This document shows, one piece after another, positions 20,071-27,583 of a DNA stretch of 64,000 bases (the stretch's first letter is position 1; each line of letters starts with the position of its first letter). The DNA lies in NCBI GenBank assembly GCA_011174825.1, contig DUEZ01000064.1, positions 17,512 to 81,511 of the forward strand. Direction: 5' to 3'. Below the pieces are notes generated by a model. That model did not search any database. It was not told the DNA's origin and saw nothing but the letters and a program-made list of their open reading frames with translations. The position numbers and the translations under genes were made by a program. The stretch is from Anaerolineae bacterium (GTDB lineage: Bacteria > Chloroflexota > Anaerolineae > Anaerolineales > E44-bin32).

Positions 20071-20424
20071 ATGTACAAGAGCACGGGTTTTGTCAGCTTC
20101 TTCCTTCGCCGTTTCACCGGTTTGGTGCTGGTGCTTTACTTGGGTGTGCACATGTGGGTGATCGGGGCCGCCACCAAAGGGGCGGAGACGTTTAATACAC
20201 GCCTGGAGTTGTTTGAATCGCCGGTCCTCAAAATCCTCGAAATCCTGCTCTTGGCAGCAGTGCTCTATCACGGTTTTGATGGCATCCGCTTGATCATCGT
20301 GCACTACTTCGATGTAACCGATTATCGCAAGAGCCTGTTCTATGCCGCCTTCGCCACTTCTGCACTTCTGACCATTGTCGGAGGTATACCCCTGCTTCTG
20401 TACGCATTGGGAATGTGGTCATAG
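20071..20424 (+). CDS. sdhC: Succinate dehydrogenase membrane anchor subunit (cytochrome b-like)
   Basis: About 117 aa from ATG 20071 (RBS agagagggag), with three hydrophobic helices and conserved His residues. The 5' extension in the track ORF overlaps sdhB and is discarded. Confidence 0.7.
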   Translation: MYKSTGFVSFFLRRFTGLVLVLYLGVHMWVIGAATKGAETFNTRLELFESPVLKILEILLLAAVLYHGFDGIRLIIVHYFDVTDYRKSLFYAAFATSALLTIVGGIPLLLYALGMWS

Positions 20425-20433
20425 GAGGCCCTC

Positions 20434-20778
20434 ATGCTAATTTTTATTATTCAACGTCTCAGCGCCATAGCACTCGTCGTATTCCTGTCCCTTCATATGA
20501 TTGTGGTCCACTATCCGCCTGGCCATCTAGACTTCAGTCGGGTCCTCGAACGCTTGGCTGACCCCTTATGGAAAGCCATCGACATCGCGTTTCTCTTCGC
20601 CGTTCTGTGCCATGCCCTAGCGGGGACATATGCGGTGCTGACGGATATTGAGCGGGTGACCCCTCTGAAGCGAATCCTCGCCGGGGTATTGATCGTATTA
20701 GGGATCATCGGCGTAGCCTACGGCACCTACACCGTTCTCTCGTTCCAGCCGCCAGCGAGTATGTTGGCCGTGCATTAG
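20434..20778 (+). CDS. sdhD: Succinate dehydrogenase second membrane anchor subunit
   Basis: 114 aa with three hydrophobic helices and RBS taggagg. It directly follows sdhC. Confidence 0.65.
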   Translation: MLIFIIQRLSAIALVVFLSLHMIVVHYPPGHLDFSRVLERLADPLWKAIDIAFLFAVLCHALAGTYAVLTDIERVTPLKRILAGVLIVLGIIGVAYGTYTVLSFQPPASMLAVH

Positions 20779-20843
20779 ATCATTAAGACGCCCGGTTCAA
20801 CCCTTTCGCAAAGAAAACCCGCGCAGAAAACATGAAACGATAA

Positions 20844-20879
20844 CTGTCCCGTGTCTTCAGACACGGGACAGATTTTTTT
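20844..20879 (+). terminator. Rho-independent terminator after sdhD
   Basis: ctgtcccgtgtc-ttca-gacacgggacag, followed by attttttt. Confidence 0.85.
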
Positions 20880-21021
20880 AACCTGTGGTCGAAGCACCCG
20901 GAGGTCGTCGAAGGGTGCAATTTGAGGTGGTTATTATTCTTCAACCGATCTTTTCATGAATCATAAGCTAGCCAAAGGGTTGTCGAATGAGCGCTCATAA
21001 TTGCAACTATTCTAGAAGGTT

Positions 21022-21076
21022 GTAGGGGCGCAAGGGCAGGGAAGATCACCCTGCATCTTCGACCTTGCGCCCCTAC
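21022..21076. repeat. Nested palindromic module GTAGGGGCGCAAGG...CCTTGCGCCCCTAC
   Basis: 14-nt arms at 21022-21035 and 21063-21076 enclose a second hairpin, gcaggg-aagatca-ccctgc. Confidence 0.7.
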
Positions 21077-21147
21077 ATCTCATGACACTCATGGGACGCT
21101 GTGTTTATATGTGTCATTCCTCGCGCTTGTCCTGAGTCAAAGCGTAA

Positions 21148-21167
21148 GGGCAATTCGCGAATTGCCC
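21148..21167. repeat. Palindrome GGGCAATTCGCGAATTGCCC (family member of 26689-26714)
   Basis: A perfect 20-nt palindrome. The same GGGGCAATTC..GAATTGCCCC core recurs at 26691-26712. Confidence 0.7.
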
Positions 21168-21253
21168 CAACGGCTTTAGCAAGGGCGCTTGTCTAATCCT
21201 GACCCCATCAACCATTTTCATCATTCCAACTGAAAATCAAATGCCGAATGCGA

Positions 21254-23182
21254 TCACTCACTTAGCCGCTCGGCGATGTAATCATCCACCACCCGCTCGA
21301 GGATCCCCAACGGCATAGCGCCGTTCCCTAAAATCAGATTGTGGAACTCCTTGATATCAAAGTCATCGCCCAGCGCTTGCGCCGCTCGCTCTCGCAACGC
21401 CAAGATCTTGATCATGCCGATCTTATACGCAGTGGCCTGACCGGGCCAGACGATGTAACGCTCGACCTCACTTGTCATGTTGGACCGTGAGTAGCCTACA
21501 GTTTCTACCATGTAATCGATCGCTTGTTCACGAGACCAACCTTTGGCATGGATGCCGGTGTCCACAACCAAGCGAGCTGCACGGAACAGTTCACTTTGCA
21601 AACGACCCAGATTCCCGTAGGGATCATTTTCATAAAAGCCCGCTTCCCAGGTTAGGTGTTCAGCGTAGAGCGCCCAACCCTCGGCATATGATGTGTAATT
21701 GACCCCCGTCCTGAATGAGGGGATCCCCGTCAGCTCCTGTTGGATGGCGATCTGGAAGTGATGGCCTGGGATGGCTTCATGGTAGGCCAGGGTAGGCATA
21801 CCGTAACGGGCAACATTGACACCGGTCATATTTACGTAAAACATGCCCGGTCGAGACCCATCCAATGAAGGGGAGACGTAATACGCTCCCGGAGCGTTGG
21901 GGGCGTAGACAGGCTCAACTACGACATCCGCCTTGGGACGAAGATCGAACAAATCGGAGAGGTTTTGTTCAGCATGATCGATCAGGGCTTGGTATTCGTC
22001 AAGGACAGCTTGACGGTCGTCATTGGTTCGTAGGGGCATCGTACCACCGTAGAAGGTCACTTGATTCATCTTCATCGTTAAATTGTCGCCGGTGATACCC
22101 AACTCAGCAAAGAGATCCTCCATCTCGCCCTGGATGCGCGCGACTTCCTGCAGTCCAAGCTCATGGATTTCATCGGCGGTCAAATCCAAGGTCGTATGGT
22201 GGCGCAGCCAGTAGGCATAGGCAGAATCCCCGTCGGGATGCTTCCAGAAACCGTCGTTGTTATCAGCGGATGCCAATAGGTTTCCGAAATAGGTATGAAG
22301 TTTATCGTAGGCTGGGAGGACGCTTCCCTCGATAGCCTGCGCAGCCTCCAGGCTTAGTTTTGAGATCTGCTCGGTGCTGATATCGCTTAGGTTAGACAGC
22401 TTGGCAACGAATTCTGTATACAGCGAGAAGTCTTCCGCATCTTGTGAACGATACCAATCCAATTGCGAAAGCACGCGCTCGATCACGAACATGGGCGGCG
22501 TTATGCCCTGGGCTTCCTGGATTTGCAGCCATTCAATTAGTTGATCGAATTTCTCGGTGAAGCCGTCGAGGCGGGAGATGTAATCCTGAGCATCCTCGAG
22601 ATTATGAAGAGGGTGTCGATCTACCATAAATTCGATCAGAATATTCTGCTCCCCCAATGCTTGATTAACCGGGTAATCATGAAACCTGAAAGCTTTCCCG
22701 CGAAGCCAATCGTCCAGGTACCATTCAAACAGATCGTAAGAAAGTTGTTGATCCGAAGTAAGTTCATCGCGGTCGTAGGTGTGCAAGGTGTCCAGCTGGT
22801 CTTGGAGCAACTGGTAGGTCTCAAGTTGATATGCATCAGAGACATTTGTGAGTTGACTATTATCCATGCCGAAGACACGAGCCAATCCCAGTTCGCTGAT
22901 CAACTCAGGGTCTCGCGTGATCTGTGCGAAGAAGGCCTCTTCAAGGAAGTCGTCAAAGGTGCTCGGATCTGCGTCAGGCTGCGCCGTGGGAGAGTAAATG
23001 GGGGACGCCTGAACTTCCTCGGTCAGTTTTGTGCTTACCTGTGGCGCCATGGTAGTTTGAGCGGGCCCACACCCTCCCACAATAAAGGCAATGAGCACAC
23101 CCAGAAGCACCACCCATCTCACCCCCAAAAACCAATCGGGCGCATGATCTTTCATGAAGCGAGACAAGAACATCTTCGACAT
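21254..23182 (-). CDS. DUF885-family lipoprotein (metallopeptidase-like HExxPGHH motif)
   Basis: 642 aa. It has a signal/lipobox-like LIAFIVGGCG and HEAIPGHHFQ, which I associate with DUF885. Confidence 0.7.
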   Translation of the reverse strand: MSKMFLSRFMKDHAPDWFLGVRWVVLLGVLIAFIVGGCGPAQTTMAPQVSTKLTEEVQASPIYSPTAQPDADPSTFDDFLEEAFFAQITRDPELISELGLARVFGMDNSQLTNVSDAYQLETYQLLQDQLDTLHTYDRDELTSDQQLSYDLFEWYLDDWLRGKAFRFHDYPVNQALGEQNILIEFMVDRHPLHNLEDAQDYISRLDGFTEKFDQLIEWLQIQEAQGITPPMFVIERVLSQLDWYRSQDAEDFSLYTEFVAKLSNLSDISTEQISKLSLEAAQAIEGSVLPAYDKLHTYFGNLLASADNNDGFWKHPDGDSAYAYWLRHHTTLDLTADEIHELGLQEVARIQGEMEDLFAELGITGDNLTMKMNQVTFYGGTMPLRTNDDRQAVLDEYQALIDHAEQNLSDLFDLRPKADVVVEPVYAPNAPGAYYVSPSLDGSRPGMFYVNMTGVNVARYGMPTLAYHEAIPGHHFQIAIQQELTGIPSFRTGVNYTSYAEGWALYAEHLTWEAGFYENDPYGNLGRLQSELFRAARLVVDTGIHAKGWSREQAIDYMVETVGYSRSNMTSEVERYIVWPGQATAYKIGMIKILALRERAAQALGDDFDIKEFHNLILGNGAMPLGILERVVDDYIAERLSE

Positions 23183-23842
23183 CTAGGTCTCCTTTCCCGA
23201 AATCTCTGCAGTGGTTTTGCGATCTTCTCGCCATATGCGTGGAAACCATGCCGGCACTTGTTGGCAGTATGTTTCCCACTGTTCGCCGAATTCAGCAGCC
23301 AACACCTGCTCCTCGCGTTTTGCGCGCAATATCAGGCCTAAAAAAACAATGGATAGAAATAATAGCGTCCACATGCGATAGAGTAATAGGCCTCCGAAGG
23401 AGGCCATCATTATGCCCAGGTACATTGGATGACGCACAAAGGCAAATGGACCATGTTTGATCAATTGATGATCAACATACAAATGCGCACCCAAACTGCT
23501 AGACACGTCGTACATCTTACCCAAAGTGAGCCGTCCCCATAGAACCAATGCCAATCCGGGGAAGTAGAGCAGTGCCCCTAATACCAGCATCAGGAGGTCG
23601 ACCAACGGAGTTACGGAAAGGGGAATCGGTCGCCATAGAAGAAAACACGTTCCAAAGAAGAGCAGACCGATGATGAGATAGAACGGCCATCTCAACATCC
23701 ACTGCGCCATGCCCGTCGATCTGCCTTTGGGTCTCCTCGCCCCCCGCCACAGCCCGAAGAGAATGATGGCCAAGCTCCCGATCGCCGCTGACGCTCCCAC
23801 CAAACCCACCCATCTTGAAAGGTTGTTCACAACTCCCCACAC
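23183..23842 (-). CDS. Isoprenylcysteine carboxyl methyltransferase (ICMT)-family membrane methyltransferase
   Basis: Polytopic membrane protein with HQLIKHGPFAFVRHPMYLG...REEQVLAAEFGEQWETY. Its stop abuts the DUF885 start. Confidence 0.7.
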   Translation of the reverse strand: MWGVVNNLSRWVGLVGASAAIGSLAIILFGLWRGARRPKGRSTGMAQWMLRWPFYLIIGLLFFGTCFLLWRPIPLSVTPLVDLLMLVLGALLYFPGLALVLWGRLTLGKMYDVSSSLGAHLYVDHQLIKHGPFAFVRHPMYLGIMMASFGGLLLYRMWTLLFLSIVFLGLILRAKREEQVLAAEFGEQWETYCQQVPAWFPRIWREDRKTTAEISGKET

Positions 23843-23919
23843 CTCAGAATCCCGTCTTTCGAGATGCTACTTATCACTTTCTTCCTTACGTCATTTACGA
23901 CTGGAGCTTCAGTATCGGG

Positions 23920-24738
23920 TCATAGCACGAGCAAGTTCTTGATCTCTGCAACCTCGCCAGGAAAGTTCATTTCCAACCGCTTTTTTTTCAGATTCTCCCT
24001 CAAGATCCACTTGACATCTTTGTCCTGAGGCTCAATGAGTTGAGTCATGAACTCAAAACCCTCTCGTGGGAGCGCACTGACGACCACACTCAAGGTATAC
24101 CCCAGCGCCTTTCTCATCACTCTAAACTGCTCTGATTTTCGGTCCTGCGTTTCAAGCACACGGTCAAAGATCTTTCGATGAAGGCTCAAAGCCCAAGCAG
24201 CCTGCTCCTCGTTCTCCAACAAAGATGGCATGGCCACCGTCGCAGCAATCGCCCTCATTTCAAGCCAATCCCCTTCATCAATCCAACTTTCCAGCGCCAT
24301 CAAGGTATCACGCGCGCGTGCCTCGGCCAACCTCTGAAGACCCATCCGAACCGCTTCCCTCATCCTCCAGCGGGAATCCTTCGCAAGCCTTCTCAGCGTC
24401 ACGATCGCTTGATCAAAAAAGGAAGGCTGAACCGAACCCATCGAACCGATCCCAACCGCTCCACAGAAGGGGACGAACTCCTCCGGAGTGTTCACAGGAG
24501 CCTCTTCTACAGTCAGCTCCAGCATCTTCATACAAAGAGCCCAGCACTTATGACTTTCCTTTTGAGCAATTTTCCCCAACGCGTCTGGAAAGGCATCCGC
24601 TAACTCCAAATTCGCTCTGGGACCAGGTAGGTTGCTGTTCGAAAGTAAGTAATCTACCAACTCCTGTTCCGAACCTGTTTTGACAAACTGATCGAGCAGG
24701 CTCTCTAAGGCCTGCAAGTGAGCGTCCCTTTTACCCAT
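23920..24738 (-). CDS. Hypothetical all-alpha (HEAT-like repeat) protein
   Basis: About 272 aa from ATG 24738 (RBS ggagagg). It has helical-repeat character (LPGPRANLELADAF...). Family is not securely recognised. Confidence 0.5.
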   Translation of the reverse strand: MGKRDAHLQALESLLDQFVKTGSEQELVDYLLSNSNLPGPRANLELADAFPDALGKIAQKESHKCWALCMKMLELTVEEAPVNTPEEFVPFCGAVGIGSMGSVQPSFFDQAIVTLRRLAKDSRWRMREAVRMGLQRLAEARARDTLMALESWIDEGDWLEMRAIAATVAMPSLLENEEQAAWALSLHRKIFDRVLETQDRKSEQFRVMRKALGYTLSVVVSALPREGFEFMTQLIEPQDKDVKWILRENLKKKRLEMNFPGEVAEIKNLLVL

Positions 24739-25025
24739 GATGTCCTCTCCGTTCCTGTGAATGTTGTGGGAACGGATCACGGTTGGTCACATGTTCCAGA
24801 GGTGAAAGGTTGCATCCTGAGCTCTTCCCAGGATGTCCAAAGCCAATGAGGTTTTATCAGCTTTGTCTTCATGATTAATACAAATACAGGATACGCTTCG
24901 GTTCAAGGGCAAAATCAGATAGATCGTATGTCATCCCTCCGTATCCCTGCACATCAATCTGCTCGCGTCACGAAATATTTTATAAACACCCCTATGACAT
25001 TCAATAAGGTACGGAGGAGAAGGGC

Positions 25026-25799
25026 CTAGGTTTCGAGGGCAGCTTGGATTGCACGCAAGCGCGGTACAGGCAGATCAGCTTGATCGGCTATTCTGATAAC
25101 GCGATCCAAGCGCGCTGGGGCACTGCGTCCCACGCAAGGTTGATCGGGGAAGGACGCAAAGCCTTTTAGGGTCCTTCCAACCAACTCGCCCTTAGGAAGT
25201 TGAACCTCGGTCAACCAGTCTTGGACTTCGACCAATTCACCCGCCACCTCCCTGGTTAGCTCCTGGTGCTCCTCTAGCAAATCACCCAGGGTGCCACCTG
25301 TCACCAATCCTGTGATGTTCATCGTTAGGATGTGAAGGTTTTTGTGTATTAACTCATTGAGGAGTTCTTCAGGGGTGTTAACCCTTCGAGTCTGGATATC
25401 GAGAGCACCCAACGCCGACTCGATCAACGCTGCCTTCGGACCATAGACAGGCGAGTGAACGCTCGGCTTCACATCCATCCCCTTCTTCTTTTCAAACCAG
25501 ACAACGATGATGGTTGGATTCGAGAGATCGTGAACCTCCCAGTCCCTAGGAAGCAACTCATTCTGTAGCAACACCACTCGGTCTTTCCAATGAACCGGTA
25601 TTGCCTTGAGCACAGGGTGAAGGTCGGGCTCCCCAACCGCGATCAGGATCAGGGTTGGCTCAGGGACCAACCGTGCCTCTTCAGCCAGATCCATCCCACG
25701 GGTGATGGGGTATACAGGATGGCCAATACGTAAGAAGCCGCGGGCGAAAACTCCCCCCAACTCCCCTACACCGATGATGATCACGGGTTCCTTCATCAT
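25026..25799 (-). CDS. Putative NAD(P)-binding oxidoreductase (Rossmann N-terminus, ketopantoate-reductase-like)
   Basis: The N-terminus VIIIGVGELGGVFARGF is a GxGxxG-type dinucleotide fold. The rest is unassigned. Confidence 0.45.
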   Translation of the reverse strand: MMKEPVIIIGVGELGGVFARGFLRIGHPVYPITRGMDLAEEARLVPEPTLILIAVGEPDLHPVLKAIPVHWKDRVVLLQNELLPRDWEVHDLSNPTIIVVWFEKKKGMDVKPSVHSPVYGPKAALIESALGALDIQTRRVNTPEELLNELIHKNLHILTMNITGLVTGGTLGDLLEEHQELTREVAGELVEVQDWLTEVQLPKGELVGRTLKGFASFPDQPCVGRSAPARLDRVIRIADQADLPVPRLRAIQAALET

Positions 25800-26152
25800 G
25801 GGGCTCCTCTCACAAAGAATGGCTTCGATCTCGATTATACCCAGTAGTCTGTCGTGATGAAGAAGATGGATCCCATCGAAAAGTCATCTTGAGCACCAGA
25901 ACTTTAGGACAACTTCATTGGTTGAGTATGTGGACACAGTGCAAACATGGGTTGCCTACAAATCACAGACACAAACCGCTGCAACTGCGACCACGGGAGT
26001 TATTCTAGTAGAAGTACTTTAATGGAATAAACGGAACGATAGGGAGAAGTAATCTAAGCGGAGGTCAGTATCTGTTGCTTTTCGCTTCAACACATTTACT
26101 TGCATCGATCAACAAGCATTACTGACTGGGGAAGAATCCTGATGGCCGTGAA

Positions 26153-26323
26153 TCAGACCCTCTCGAGGGAGTTATTCACTGCATCAAAGGCGCGTTCAAT
26201 CGCTTCGTCGATCCAAGCCTCGTCTGTTTTCGCGATCTCTCTCTCATTCAACGCTAGGTATAGTGCTGTAAGACCAACACCAAGGAACATACCAAGTATC
26301 ACTCCCACATAAAGGAATTTCAT
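26153..26323 (-). CDS. Possible small membrane protein (56 aa)
   Basis: Hand-translated as MKFLYVGVILGMFLGVGLTALYLALNEREIAKTDEAWIDEAIERAFDAVNNSLERV, with SD-like aaagggg upstream. It is below the track length cut-off. Confidence 0.3.
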   Translation of the reverse strand: MKFLYVGVILGMFLGVGLTALYLALNEREIAKTDEAWIDEAIERAFDAVNNSLERV

Positions 26324-26470
26324 TAGGCACCCCTTTCTTCGGCACGGGCACCGACCACAAGATGCGCTTCCATGGTACGGTGATTGGCTCGCGTTTCACT
26401 TTTCAATCACCTTACAAAACAGGGATGCCCTGGGTCCGCCGCTGACGAAAGGAGGTAAATAGGCAGCAGG

Positions 26471-26526
26471 CTACAAGCTACAGACTGCAAGCCGCAAGCC
26501 ACAAGTCACAAGCTGCAAGCTGTAGG
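26471..26526. repeat. Eight tandem heptamers (consensus CYRCAAG)
   Basis: ctacaag ctacaga ctgcaag ccgcaag ccacaag tcacaag ctgcaag ctgtagg, read directly from the sequence. Confidence 0.85.
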
Positions 26527-26688
26527 CGCTCCTCGGTGACCCTTCGGTAGGCTCCCTGCGGCAAACTCGGTACAGGCAGGACAATGCTGGCTCAGATTGT
26601 CTTCTTATAGCTGCACAAGCCAGTCATCCATCGACAGGCTCAGGATGACATCGGGAGGTTGTCATTCTGAGCGCCCTTATAAAAGAGG

Positions 26689-26714
26689 TAGGGGCAATTC
26701 ATGAATTGCCCCTA
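26689..26714. repeat. Palindrome TAGGGGCAATTCATGAATTGCCCCTA
   Basis: A near-perfect 26-nt palindrome. The module gtcattctgagcgcc lies just upstream (26661-26675), and its reverse complement recurs at about 62973-62990. Confidence 0.75.
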
Positions 26715-27523
26715 AGGCTAGACCCCCTCGGCGGACCTTGTGCTGAGTTCGTCGAACCATCAGGACAATCGCGACAGGGCTCGGGACAAACGCTGTGATT
26801 CCGAGGAGCCCTTGTCCACCTGACCAGGGCAAAGACCCACCCCTGAATGTACTCTAATCCCCCCATCTAGCGGATGATTTCCGATACCGCCCCAGCCATT
26901 CTATACATCTGGAAGCGGTGTGGATTGTAAGGTATTTGCAAACCTCAATCCGCCTCTTCCTACCATACAATGGGATCGAAGAACAGACTGGTAGGAGCAG
27001 GTCAAAATATAGGCGGGAGCACCGGGAGGACCAATGACTGTCGGCGCAGATTGGTCCCCAGGACCGCCCAGGAGCTCATCACAATGAACGTCTACTTACT
27101 AACACTATCCTCGATCTTCCTCGCCGTCGGCGTCCTAACCGCAATCGATGGCATCGTCTTGGTATCGGGCATGTCTGGGATCATGTTCTGCCTGTCGATC
27201 ATCGGCGAGAGTATTCGAAATCCTGATCCCCACCGGTAGTCACTCGCCACCTCTACAATTACGAAACTACCCCTTGTCGTACTGTTAACTCTCCTGTTCA
27301 AAGATTTATAAGGTCAGAACGCCAAGCTTATCCCCTGTGGCGTAGTCAGCCATGGCGTATGTCCATGGAGGGATGGGGTAAGTTGAACGCTATCGTTCGG
27401 GCGTTCGTCGAAGGATGACGGTCTTCGATAAACTTAGGACGACGCAGGCTCTGGGGTTTACTGGTTCTCTCGGCAGTTCGTCCTGCCCACAAACACGACA
27501 CACACTTGTCAACAATATCTGAT

Positions 27524-27551
27524 TTGACAAGTTAAATTTATTCGCTATAGT
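27524..27551 (+). promoter_or_regulatory. Sigma-70-like promoter TTGACA-N16-TATAGT upstream of the LTD protein gene
   Basis: ttgaca is at 27524-27529 and tatagt at 27546-27551, 33 nt before ATG 27584. The inverted repeat acttgtca (27505-27512) / tgacaagt (27525-27532) overlaps the -35. Confidence 0.5.
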
Positions 27552-27583
27552 ACTGAAAATTCTGCGGGTCACAGGGGGCAATC

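Noticed and set aside
22541-23341. 266-aa plus-strand ORF
   Set aside because: It lies entirely antisense to the well-supported DUF885 and ICMT-like genes. Its composition is typical of a shadow frame.
26471-26526. Heptamer arrays and GGGATYA or CAGCTNT hairpins as a possible CRISPR array
   Set aside because: The units are 7 nt, directly tandem or inverted, with no 25-40-nt repeat/spacer periodicity. No cas genes are present; the Cas4-like gene is 15 kb away in a repair-gene context.
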